This document shows, in pieces, positions 1 to 11,522 of a DNA stretch of 64,000 bases (positions are counted from its first letter, which is position 1; every line of letters starts with the position of its first letter). The notes below the pieces were generated by a model, which was not told where the DNA came from, made no database searches, and was given only the letters and a program-made list of their open reading frames with translations. The translations under genes and the position numbers were made by a program. The stretch comes from Marsupella aquatica (Eukaryota; Plantae; Marchantiophyta). The DNA lies in NCBI GenBank assembly GCA_973895155.1, contig OZ316893.1:62001-126000 (forward strand). The letters run 5' to 3'.

Positions 1-274
1 TCCTTGGTCTAACAAGTCATGAAAGATGGTATTCATCATCTTCATGAACGTTGCGGTTGCATTACACAACCCGAACGGCATAACCAAAAATTTGTAGGAT
101 CCGAACCTTGTGCGCATTGCGGTCTTATACTTGGATCCCTTAGCCATGCGGATCTGGTAATAACCAGACCGCAAGTCTACCTTTGAAAACTTCTTAGCCC
201 CGGAGAGGCAATCGAAGAGATCATCCATATGAGGTAACGGGTACTTGTTCTTTACCGTTTGCTTATTGAGGGCC
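1..274 (-). pseudogene. Ty3/gypsy reverse transcriptase fragment (continuation of the element at 11523-15740)
   Basis: Minus strand reads [42 protein letters not shown]...[15 protein letters not shown]. It joins in frame to LRLCANYR at ~11523 once the TIR element is removed. Confidence 0.95.
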
Positions 275-774
275 GGTGGAAAGCATGATTGAGGGGTACA
301 TAAAAAGGATCTCCAAAGTCTCCACCAAAAGGAGTGAGTCCTAGTGAATTTTGCAATAAATTGGGGGGTGTTACACTCAAGGGCCAAGATGTAGAAGGGT
401 CAAATCTAAGGCTGGATTTGAATATGAATGAAAGATGCATTAAGTATTCATTTGGACTGGTTGAAGTACAGTCTATGTGCCTAATTCCTATCTTGGACTT
501 TAGCAAGGACGACGTTTAAATGTTCTCCTTGGATCCCGTGTCATTTAATGGAGCAAGTTGCGGCTCGTAGTGTGTTTGAATACAAGGACTCAAAGTCGAT
601 GCTTTTGAAAATAAGGACTGAAGTGGGCAAGGACTCATAGTCGATGTTTGAAATTGATCGAGCGCGCGCGGATTTTGTTACTTAGATTAGAAGCACAAGT
701 TCTAGTCAGAATGGTCGTGGGACGGGCACACACCAACAGCAAAGGGCTCCTATCTTGCGGATGGCTATGGTGGT

Positions 775-865
775 CTCGGATTACTCATCAAAGGATCTCT
801 CATCTTGGATCTCGATCTTGGATCTCTCATCTCTCATCTCGGATCTCGGATCTCTCATCTCGGAT
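775..865 (+). repeat. Degenerate GGATCTC short tandem repeats upstream of the transposase
   Basis: Runs such as ggatctctcatct and cggatctcggatctc. Confidence 0.7.
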
Positions 866-1089
866 TTACAGCAATGCATCTTGGAGATTGAGGAGCACTA
901 TGATTGAAGCGTTGGTGGACCTTGGGCGATTGTTGAGCTTTGCCATGGTGCTCGCAGGATCAAATGGGTACGCAAGTTTAGAAGTATTAGCCTAGTATCA
1001 AGTAGAATCTGAATGCTCCTGATGCTCCGCAGCCCACTTTCAATACCTCCCAAGTTCTGTCCAGTACTTGATGCGATGCCTCACATTGG

Positions 1090-4000
1090 ATGGCTACTCT
1101 TCCTGAAGTCCACGATGCCCTAGCAAGAGAGAGATCAGAAAGGCGAAACCTTAGCAGACGCAAGTCCTATTGTAATAGGCAGCAACGGAACACCCATGGA
1201 CAATCGATTGCACATGGTGGTAATAGTAACGATGTGGCTGGACAGGGATTGTTGGAAGATGCGCGAAACAAATGCCAGCAAATGATTTCATCTGCTGAGA
1301 ATGAAGCGAGTAGAATTTGTGCGGAGGCTTCCCAAGAGGCTACCGACATCATAGTGAATGCAAGTACACAAGCTACTAGCATCCTAGAGTCTGCACATTT
1401 ACAATGTGACAATTTGATACAAAGAAGACACATTCTCCGCAATCGCATAGGGCGTCAAGAAGCACGTCTTTGGTCCATACATCATGGGCAACTTCTTCGT
1501 GAGAGCATGCATGGCCAATCTTCAGAGCTGCAGCGGGAGAGTTCAGCTTCGAGGCAAGCAAACTGTCAATCCTCTGCTTCAACAGAATTTAGAGCACGAG
1601 ATGCTCAAAGGAAGCGAGCATCATACTGGGAGAAGAAGGGTAATACACGCACAGACGCCCGACAATGTGAGTCTGCTGGTGATTTAGAAGACAAATTGAA
1701 TTCCAATAGGGGAAGACGAAGTGTTCAGTCTCAGGTGTCTATGGCGGTGACATCCATCTTGAGTAGATTGGACAAATTTAATTTGTCTGCAAGGAAGCTA
1801 TTTTTCACTAAGTTTATGCTCCATCCTTCCTTGATGAAGTACCTCCCTGCAGTTTTTGGCACTCGTCGGAGAGATGTAGCGATACTTGCTGCAGTTGCTG
1901 ACCTAAAGAATTGCTTGCAAAAAGTGAAGACTGCAAAGCGGAAAGACCATCTAGGTGCAAAGCAGATCTTGACAGTTGCATTGGCAGGCCAGGCGACAGT
2001 AGTGAATAGGTATCAGACTTTGGTGGTTGGGGCTTTGGGTATCAAACGGCAAATCATATATAAAGCTTCAAGAAGGAGGAAGACCATAGATTCCGATTGT
2101 TCGATCAGGTTTCCAATGGGGGAAAGGAAAGTGAGAAGCGACAAAATTTCAGCTGAAGTCCGAACAATTGTGGAAAAGTTTTGGGAATCAAATACTCGAA
2201 TCTCTCCTTGCGCCAAGGACAAGGCTAGACTAAGATTGAGTAGAAATGTTTACGAGGAGCACCGGGTGCATTGGCTGGAGGATACCCAGGTTAGATTTTG
2301 TTAATTTATCATTATGAACATTTGACATTCAAATAGGGCTTACAATAGGGTACAGTCCGAGCTTTCATGTTCATCAGTAAGCGATTTGAACTCTACTGCA
2401 TCTTTGTTTACAATGATTGAATATGTTTTGAAGCAAGGCTTGCATCTTTTTCAGGTGGAGTTTTTTCTGAAATTCCAGGAGTTTTGCGGCAGAGACGAGA
2501 ATGGAGTTCATATAGGCTTCAGGTCTTTTCAGTATATGAAGCCTTACTACATTCGTCCTATGAAAGACAGAAACGTTTGTTGCTGTAAGCAGCATGTTGA
2601 AATGGACCTCTTGAAGGAGGCAGTCAACAAATTCAGGAAGCATCAACACAGTAAGCATTGCTCTTGTGACTGCACCATTTGCACATCAGTTGATGCTCCT
2701 TTGCAGAGTTGTGTAGCTTCTAGAACAACAATAACATCTGTACGGGGTTGGATAGAGGGAGCTCTTTGTTCGAGAGCTGAGGGAAAGCAGTGGCATGGAA
2801 AGAAATGCATCATGGGTTCCTGTGAGAATTGTGGTGTCAACAAGTTGGATTGGTGTACATCTGAGTTAAATCCAGTTGACAAGCAATTTATTGAGTGGGA
2901 GACATTTCAGTATTTGGAGTTAGACGAGAAAGCCCAGCAAAAGAGAGAGAAGAAAAAAGCAACAGACTAGAGTGCTACAAAAAAGTCAAAACGGTTGAGA
3001 ATGGTGTTTAAGAGAACTTCAATGGGTGAATTCAAGAGTCAGGTTTTGAATACAATGAAGACATTCATTGTGCATAATTTCAGAGCACGTTGGCAATCAG
3101 AACAATTCAAACTTTGTTTGAAAACTTTCCCTAGAGGAACTATAGTGTCATCTATTGATTTCTCTGAAAATTACACGTTCAAAATCCAAAATGAGATACA
3201 GAGTCAACACTAGGATAATAGACAGGTCACTTTGTTGATTCATGTCACTTATAGGCATAGAGAAGATTGTGTTGAATCTCTGGAGGCTGTTGTTGGAAGT
3301 ACGGTTCGGATGGCATTGGATGAGGAGGGTGGTCGAGACATTATTGCAGATTATCATTTTTATATCAGTGATGACAATTGTCACGACACTCTCTTCGTCC
3401 AACATTGCATGGATGCTCATTACCAGTGGATGAGGGAGGAAGGAATTCAGTTTGAGCAGCATTGGGTCTGGTCAGATGGGGCTGCTTCACAGTTCAAGGC
3501 CTGTAGACCTTTTTATTATGTATCCAGATACTACAAAAGATTTGGTGCACGAATGAAGTGGTTTTTCCACGCTTCAGGGCACGGAAAAGGTGTCGCTGTA
3601 AGTTGCAATTTATTACTTTACATGTACATTCACTCATTCTAGATTGTGTTTTAAGCTGAAGTTCCGTGTAGTAAATTTGTTGTTCTATATTGATTCATCC
3701 AATTTTCATTTCCTGAGATGAGTACTATGGTGTGTGCTTTTAGGATGCCCTTGGAGGCCACATAAAGCAAGGGATTGAGAGAGAACAGCTGAAGGGAATC
3801 CATGGACATCGATTGGAGAATGCCCATGATGTGGTTTTGTTCTGCAAGGACAAATTTGCTATGGGCCAAGAAAAGGAGTATGGAGACGTCCAGCTTGTTC
3901 GACGCCTGTTTTGGGAGATTCCAATGGGAGCTGTCAATCGCAAGAAGAAGTGGGACTGTGATCCTATCCTAGGTTCCCGATCCTTACACTGCTTTGATGG

Positions 4001-4586
4001 ATTTAGTAACCGCCTATCAACTCTCCTTCAAGTCAAAGAACTTTGTTGTTTTTGTCCTCATTGCTTAGATGATGAACCTTTGCAATGTGAGAATATAAGT
4101 TGGACTGGACAGTTTAAGCTTGTCATGGTGAAAGGAGTCCTACCAAGTGATGTGAGAACTGATGTGGAAGAAATGGGAGTGGGGGAAGGACTATACCAAT
4201 GGGAGGATGGGCTGCTGGCCGAATTGGTTCAACAGGGTGACTTCTTTGCAGTGAAGGCTGAGATAGGTAACAAGTGGAATGTGGACTTCTACATTCTTCA
4301 ATGTGAGCAGACTTTGCACACCGTGAAGAAGAGTTTCAAGGACTCGTATGGAGAGGAATTTAACGAGGGTGATTTAGCTTTGAGGGCAGTGTGGTTTCAA
4401 CAGGTCCCAGGGCGAGATAACAAATTTGTGGTGAACGATCTAGCTGGCGTGAGCTACGCCCATGCTGAGACAGTAGTTCACCTTAGATTTGGTCTCATTC
4501 CATGTGAGGCAGGAAAGGGACGATACAGAATGTACACCCTTGAGCCCGAGACTCTGACAGCAATACATGCATCCTTGGGTTCCTAG
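1090..4586 (+). pseudogene. DDD-type transposase, Sola-like (superfamily uncertain), intron-containing, with premature stops
   Basis: Motifs RKVRSDKI, CCCKQH, CIMGSCENCG, IDFSENY, SDDNCHD, WSDGAASQFK, ASGHGKG and C-terminal CFCPHC. Probable introns ~2290-2454 and ~3590-3716. In-frame TAG stops at 2968 and 3211. Confidence 0.75.
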
Positions 4587-4635
4587 CAAATGGAGGAGGA
4601 TAATGAGGTGTGTTACTCACCATTTTTTCTCCATC

Positions 4636-5105
4636 ACCAGTCCTCTGTCCTCCGTTCAAAGTCCATTGTCTTTTGTCTTTAGTCCTCAGTTATCCGTTGT
4701 TGGTCCTCAGTCCTCAGTCACTAGTCCTCAGTTCCTCCGTTCGGAGTCCTCAGTCCGAATGTCTAGAGTCCTCAGTCCTTTGGCTTCAGTCCTTAGTCTT
4801 TGCCATGAGTCCTTGTTTTTCCTAAGTCCTCAGTCCTTTTCCATAAGTCCTTGTCCTTTTCCCTGAGTCCTCCGTCCTTTTCCCTGAGTCCTCCGTCCTT
4901 TTCCCTGAGTCCTCAGCCCTCAGCCCTCAGTCCTCTGCCCCAAATCCTCAGTCCTTCATTCTGAGTCCGTAGTCCTTCTCCCCGAGCCTTCAGTCCTCCA
5001 TCCACACTCCTCAGTCCTCTGCCCTGAGTCATCAGTCCTCCACCCTGATAGAGTCCTCAATCTGCCATCCCTACTCAATGAGTCCTCTGGCCCAAGTCCT
5101 CAATT
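4636..5105 (+). repeat. Degenerate AGTCCTC 7-mer array
   Basis: Dozens of agtcctc/agtcctt units, including (ccctgagtcctccgtcctttt)n, directly after the transposase stop. Confidence 0.85.
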
Positions 5106-6339
5106 GGCAACCTTTTGTCAATCCTTAGTACTAAATTCCCAGTACCCAGTCTGGTCAGTTGTCCTAAACAACTGTCCTCAGGTTTTCTTGAGTCTAGAGT
5201 TAGAGCCCTGGGAGATATTATAGCCACGAACTGCTTGCTAAAAAGACCAAATTATCCGTCTTACTTATTATATGTACATTACAGTTGCTACAGTAGGTTG
5301 GCTGAAGTCTATCTGCTGAACTGTTCTTCCTTGCGTGAGCTTGACTATTTCTGTCACTAATATTTATGTGGATTGTTGTTCCATAGGACTTTGAGCTCCC
5401 TGAAGGTTAACTACTTTCACCATATCAATGGATAGTCCTCAAATAATTAGGATACAATAAAGGCTAAGCAGGCATTGGATATCACTAGTGAAGGGTAGCA
5501 TTGAATATTACTTAGTAAAGGTCTCATGTTAGTAATCGCTATATATGTGCAGTAAAACGCACCTGTTTTGTAAGAATCCCCTTGTTCACAATAAAGTTCA
5601 TTTTAATTGGCCCATCTCTTGTGAAGCTTGGTTTTCAACCGAGACATCTCCAGTATCTATTTGGCTATATCACTTGAATGTATTAATTTCGATCATCTGG
5701 ACTTCTTTGAGTTTATGTATTTACTGTCTACAACACAGCTACAGTCCTTCCCATTCAAGACTCCCAATTTTCCAAAATGTTTAAGGATCAACTCGGGGAT
5801 CAACTATCCCTGACTAGTTCATTGGGATAAAGGAAGAGTTTGATGCGCTTCCAAATCGGACCACTTCCCAGCTCTAAGAATGGTTAGTATTCTCATTGTC
5901 TACCTGTTCCAGATCCAGAAAGAGCAGGACAATGTCCAGTAGAGATTTCATATTGGAAAAGTCCAACCTAAGAGAACTCAAAACCTACAACCCTGAGAAA
6001 GGAGGCTGGAGTTCTCATCCATTATATGTGCCCTGCGGGGATGGGATGGAGTTGAATATTTACTACCACTGCAAGAGTAAAAATGCAACCTATGTCCCAT
6101 AGTATACTAGAAGGTGGAGGTTTTGAAGTCAAGCCAATCCCAGTGTGGAGTTAAACTGTCTAACTTACTTCAAGAGCTGCTACTAAAAGGTAGTCCTTAT
6201 GTCCCACAGGAAAGTCATTCGAGTGGGGAAAAATATACACGCTTCAAAATATATTCATGATTGCACTTGGGTCTTTACAAAGATTGGAGATTACAGCCAA
6301 GTGTGATTGGTTCAAGGTTTGTCGAACTACTTCACTGTA

Positions 6340-7041
6340 CTACTCCTGGGTGATCTTCATAGATTTCAAGGACTCAAATAGCTCCCCTCCAAAATTCACA
6401 CAGGCATCCTTAAGTCTACTGAGCGGCCCCAAGTGGGCTTTCACCGGAGCAGTGTCACTACGACCGAGCGAGTTCAAAAACTTAGGATTGTTGTTTTCCT
6501 TTGGTATGATCGCATGTAAAGTATGTGCCTCAGGGAGGCTAGGTCCTACTTCAGGCTCACATTTAATAACACTACTTGACTGTAAAGACCTAGCCACAGC
6601 AAGTGCTCGACAGGCATCTTTGTCTTTCACATAAGTAATAGTCCACAATGTACTCATTACTTGAGTACACGCACTCCTGATCTTGTCAGGGTAACCATCA
6701 AGCTTGTCCTTGAAAACTTTACCAGGCACACCCATTAGCTTCTCCCCATTCTCTTCATTGAATTGAATCACTTCATCGCCAATCTGCACAACAAAGCAGT
6801 ACATCTGTGTACCAGCCCCATCAAGACAACACTCGTGTGTGGTTCTGCCTCGCGAATGGGGTCCCATTGGAGAGTTTGCATCTTGCCTTCTCAATTTTCG
6901 CTTGTGCTTGCCCAAAGCACAGGGTCTACCATCACTCAACAGGTTTGAACAACCTTCATAAACATAAGAGCCAGCACAAAGTCCCCACATGGATTCAATC
7001 TTGGCCAGATGGAGGGTGACAAACTTCTCATTCTTGGCCAT
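6340..7041 (-). CDS. RPA70 C-terminal-like zinc-binding OB-fold protein (transposon accessory gene)
   Basis: YVYEGC...C...HECC...MYCFVVQIGD...FNEENGEKLMGVP resembles the Rep-A C-terminal pattern (YxxC..C..C, then D..F....E.L.G). The ATG follows a splice-acceptor-like tttgctgcag. Confidence 0.5.
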   Translation of the reverse strand: MAKNEKFVTLHLAKIESMWGLCAGSYVYEGCSNLLSDGRPCALGKHKRKLRRQDANSPMGPHSRGRTTHECCLDGAGTQMYCFVVQIGDEVIQFNEENGEKLMGVPGKVFKDKLDGYPDKIRSACTQVMSTLWTITYVKDKDACRALAVARSLQSSSVIKCEPEVGPSLPEAHTLHAIIPKENNNPKFLNSLGRSDTAPVKAHLGPLSRLKDACVNFGGELFESLKSMKITQE

Positions 7042-7244
7042 CTGCAGCAAATCAAACAGAGAGGCTAAGTATTTAGAAACTGCTAATAAAAATCTTATAT
7101 ATGCTGCACTAATGCTATTATTGAAGTACTGAATGCCACATTCATAGTTCACTCCTTAAGGACATAGTCAAGATCCACTCAAAGCACATACTCGATCAAC
7201 TTCATACAAATTACTTGAATCACACCCACTCCTCAAAAAGGAGA

Positions 7245-7570
7245 ATCACTCAGGACTAAACGAACACTCCTTTTACAAGGAGTGAACGGACTAATACTCC
7301 TTTGTCAAGGACCGAGAGTCCTTACAAAAGGAAGAGTGCTCCTTTGTCAAGGACCAAATGTCCTTGGTAAAGGAGTGTCACTCCTTTACAAAGGACGATC
7401 AGTCCTTTAAAAAGGACATACACTCCTTAACAAAGGAGTGACACTCCTTGACAAAGGACATGTACTTCCTTCATAAGGACTTAGAGTCCTTAACAAAGGA
7501 GTCATGCTCCTTTCACAATGGAGATGGACTCCTTGAAAACTGCCACCCAGTCCTTAACAAAGAAGGACTA
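7245..7570. repeat. Quasi-palindromic ACTCCTT/AAAGGA tandem array
   Basis: Repeated units such as actcctttacaaaggac and actccttaacaaaggag with ~20 bp period, upstream of the OB-fold gene. Confidence 0.8.
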
Positions 7571-7990
7571 AGAGGTTAAAAAATGGTTGACAGGGGCTCA
7601 GTCCTTGACAGAGAAGATTGAACTCGTTTAAAATTGACACAAGTCATGAACTAAGTGAAGGACTCTACAAGACTCGCTCCTGCGTACACTCCTTTCAAAA
7701 AGGACCAGACCCTCATCTAAGATTACTCGGATTAGAGAGTGAGCATGCTATTACCAAGTAGAGATTGCAAAAGGCAGGACTGATCATTTGCAGATGACAT
7801 TTGCCAAAAGAGGGTTTAGTGAAGACTTACCAGTGAGAAACTGAGAATTGCTCAAAAATATGATTTGCGGCTGGTCTTTCGAAGCTGCACAAAGAGCATG
7901 GAGGAAGTTTTAACCACAAAAGGCATTAAAATCACGGTATGCGGATTGCAAAATGCAGACCAGATCTTCAACATCCACAGAAGCTACCAC

Positions 7991-10694
7991 TTAAAACGTT
8001 ATCTGAGGCATACGCATATTGTAAAGCTTCTTCTTTGGCCTAGCATCTACACCATCGCAATTTGGTGGAGGTATTGTTGGTCGAGAAGGGCTTGGAGTCT
8101 TCAATGAAGAGTATGTCTTAAAGGTGACATCTGCCTCTGGGGAAAATGGGAGAGTGGCACTAGGCGTTAGCACATCTTGACCAGGCTTAGCACTCAACAA
8201 CGGTATTAATTTCACCTTCCTGCTAGAATCTACATCACACTTCCGTTTCTTCCCTGAATCCTCATCCTCAACCTTTGGTGACAACATGACCATCTTGGAT
8301 GATCTGTCTTCACCACCGCAACCCTCAGTAGCTACATCCTCAACCGTGGAAGAAGGTATTCTAGAAGCCAAGCACCGCTCAACAATCTCTTGCAGATCCT
8401 GCTCCACAATAGCAGACCATGTTCCATAAGAAGCAGTACACAGTGAACAGTGCTCAACATCCATTCGTAACCCATCAATCTCCAAAGATTGCAAATTCAT
8501 CAATTGAAAGCCAACTAGCAATTAAAGTGCAGACCAGTGTGGATACCTTTCCTTCAATTGAGACCATATTGTTCACCAAGTGTCGCCTCTGGGCCAATCG
8601 CCTATAGTTCTTCCCATATAGGTCCTCCACTTCCATGGCCATTGGGTGATGCTCCAGGGCTATATGAGTGCCCTCTTTGTAGCCTTGCTCATCATCTAAA
8701 CCCCAAGTTTGTAACCAGCCATTACTGAAAATTGCCCCGCATGCCTTGCATTGTGGGCCGCCCGTACATGAATGAATATAAGTAAACAAACATGCAGGAT
8801 GATATGTGTGCCCACAGGATGCTGGGATCCAATTGTAGCAATGGTATCCATTGCAACAAATTGGACAACTTGATACGGAAACTCTGCTAAAAACTGTTTC
8901 AGTGGACGTAAGGGTATAACGTGGCATCACTGCAGGACATGGGTTGCATAAAATGTCTGCCACAATCGCAAGCTCTACTTCTTGATGCTTCAAATTATAT
9001 TCAATCTTTTGACGTTCTGCTGCTAACTTGTTAGATAAGTCAAACAACCGGGACATCATTTTAGGCACACTCTCGTCATACTCTCGTTTTCTCTGTAATC
9101 TTTCCTTCACACTATGCAAATCCCGTCGGGTGGCTTCCAATAGGCTAGAAAGCTGGATGATTGTGCTCTCGTGAGTTCTCAGTGTTGTCCCCATCAAGGC
9201 CAACAAGTCGTTGTTAATCTGCAATATCAACATTTCAATCAATCACATGTCTTGCCACAAGGTCCATCGCCTAAGAGATAAGTAATCTCATCAGTTAATT
9301 TTAAGTTTTTTTTTTTCCCGATTTTTTTTCGGTCCGTACACCCATCTCAGCGAGGTCAGCCAAGATTGAACAATCTCAGCTGCCTAGCTGAGATGCGCGG
9401 ACGTACAAAGGTCCCAATCTTAGCTCCTTAGCTGAGATTCAAATTTTTTTGAGGTAACTGATATCAGCCGCTGATATCAGTTATCAGTGGCTGATAACTG
9501 ATGATATTGTGTACCCCATCGCCTAAAGCCCACATTGAAGTCCACAACCGCAAACAAACGGGTCCTGAACAGAGAAAGTACATGATCCTAGCAAGATGAA
9601 GGAGGAAACCTCAAAGTACCTCTTGAATCGCCTCTCCATCACCCGGCTTGTTGGATTCCAACTCAATGTCGGTCGTTACTTCTTCCACTGCAGTTTCTTC
9701 TGCATCAATTTCAGCGGAGGTTTTTTCTTCTTGAAGTCGTAGGTTCTCAATCTCTTGTTGTAATGAGCTCTCCACATCATCACGTCCCGACTAAATTACC
9801 TTCAGCTTGTCCATGGTAGAATGGACCTTGTCAAACCTCTTGTTCACAGACACGAGCTGACCCCTCATCTTAGATATCTCTGCTTCTATTGCAGATACCA
9901 GAACGTTCTTCACTTTCAAGGGAATCTGTCTCTTCTCCGATGGACGAACACATAGAATAGGTGTGGGAGGAGGTACTGTGCTAACCTTAGTCAAGCTGCA
10001 ACTGCCACGCTCCTTGGGCACGGCACTTTTAGGGCTCTCAAAAAGTGCTAATTGTCCGTTGTAGACGACGGGTTAGTCTTTGACAAAGACTTTGGAGTTG
10101 ACGACATAGACATTGGAGCTGAATACAGTTGAGGGTTTCTAACACAAGGAGGGCCATCAGGCCTACCTTTCCCATCTCGTGACCACTGAGTTACTTGACC
10201 CTTCAGCTTTGTCGATGCATAAGCTGCCCAGTTTACCTTTCTATGAAAGGTGCTCGGCATAGGCACCTTTGACAAATGTATGAGATAGAATTCCATTAAC
10301 AGGCTTGTCATACCCGTCCACCACTTGAGATAGTGCTAAAATCTCATCAAGAGGAATACCCGTGCAAGTACTTAGCTTGTAGCCGTTCCTTGTTACCTCA
10401 CCAAAGCATGCACTTAGTTGTTCCTCGGTGAGATCCAAAATCTTGTGGGGAAATTTGCCCTCATTGGGGAGACCACAGTTTGTCGCAAACCAGGCCGCAT
10501 CCTTGTAGAACTCGGTCGGGAGACCAAGTTACATCAGAGCTCTGGCCTTTCGCTTTCTTAGCTGCTCTTGGCGGTTGAGCTTTGGTGTTATCCTTCGTGA
10601 TGCATGTCTCAACTTTTGCCAGGACATTGGATACTGGCTGTATCGACTTGACATCCACCCCTCCATCAACTGTCAATGGAGAAGTGGTATCCAT
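7991..10694 (-). pseudogene. Multi-exon accessory gene: PMD-like N-terminus, coiled coil, RING finger
   Basis: Broken ORFs read EEQLSACFG..NGYKLSTC..KVNWAAYA, then a coiled coil continuing through the TAG at 9791 to a donor at ~9618, then CPICCNG..SCGHTYHPAC..CKAC (RING). Stops and frameshifts are present. Confidence 0.6.
9275..9515. mobile_element. Small MITE, probably Mutator-derived
   Basis: Flanked by the direct repeat CCATCGCCTAA (9264-9274 and 9516-9526). Imperfect G-initiated TIRs share AAT.TCATCAGTTA; many internal CTCAGC/CTGATA palindromes. Confidence 0.6.
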
Positions 10695-11522
10695 CGAACT
10701 CGTCCTGAATAAACAAAAAAACTGTGACTAAACACTCAATAAGACCTCTGCCGACAACATGTAAAGGTACGCCTCACAAGATGGACTAAATTACACGGAG
10801 CAATAGCCTAAATACCTTCTAGCCACGATAACAAAATCAAGTCCCGGGCTCTGATGTCTGCTTTCAACTCACCAATGTTTCCTCTGAGCAGCAACCAGCT
10901 ACCGACCAACAGTAATCCTCCACCGCATTGAACTAGCTCGCGAATCCCCCAACGCGTAGCAATCCCCGATGCAATTCGCAAATCGAGTACGTTAGTACCC
11001 CCATTACCACATGATGCGCTTTGCGAATAGAGCTCGCTCCCGGCGTGTGAAACTTGAGCACTTGAGAAGGTTGAGCAAAGGATCGAGCTTCGCCCATGTC
11101 TTGAAGCACTAAGAGAAGTGGGCGGATAGGGCTCCGCCCAAGTGAAACCAGCACTGCTACAAGTGAGAAATGGGAGAAATGCGCGGCCCAAGCTTTCTCT
11201 GAGCAGGAAGTCTTCAAGTCAAATGGCAACAACTAAACTTGCGTGGCTGCACTTCTTGCGTGGCCGCACTTCTTCTCGAGGGATTCAAATAATTGGCAGA
11301 GTCTAACTCCGCGCATTTTGGAGTCCTCATAAAGTCTTGGCCCACCAATAACGTTAAATACTCTTAAGTACATTTTGTCTCTAAGTGATTCAAAACGTCC
11401 TTGGCGGCTCACGATCCTTTTAATCTCGACCATTCATGTGCCAAAGATTTCGAGGACTGCCATGCCAAATCCCAGTCTTTTTTGCACCTTTTGGTACCCT
11501 TCAATCATGCTTTCCACCGGCC

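Larger units (their letters stand above)
275..11518 (+). mobile_element. ~11.2 kb TIR DNA transposon with Sola-like DDD transposase and accessory genes
   Basis: 25-bp TIRs GGTGGAAAGCATGATTGA(G/A)GGGTAC at 275-299 and 11494-11518 (24/25 match), flanked by GGCC on both sides. Excising it restores the gypsy RT codons NYRA-LNK. Confidence 0.9.

Noticed and set aside
4567-4866. Ser/Pro/Val-rich ORFs
   Set aside because: Translations of the AGTCCTC array.
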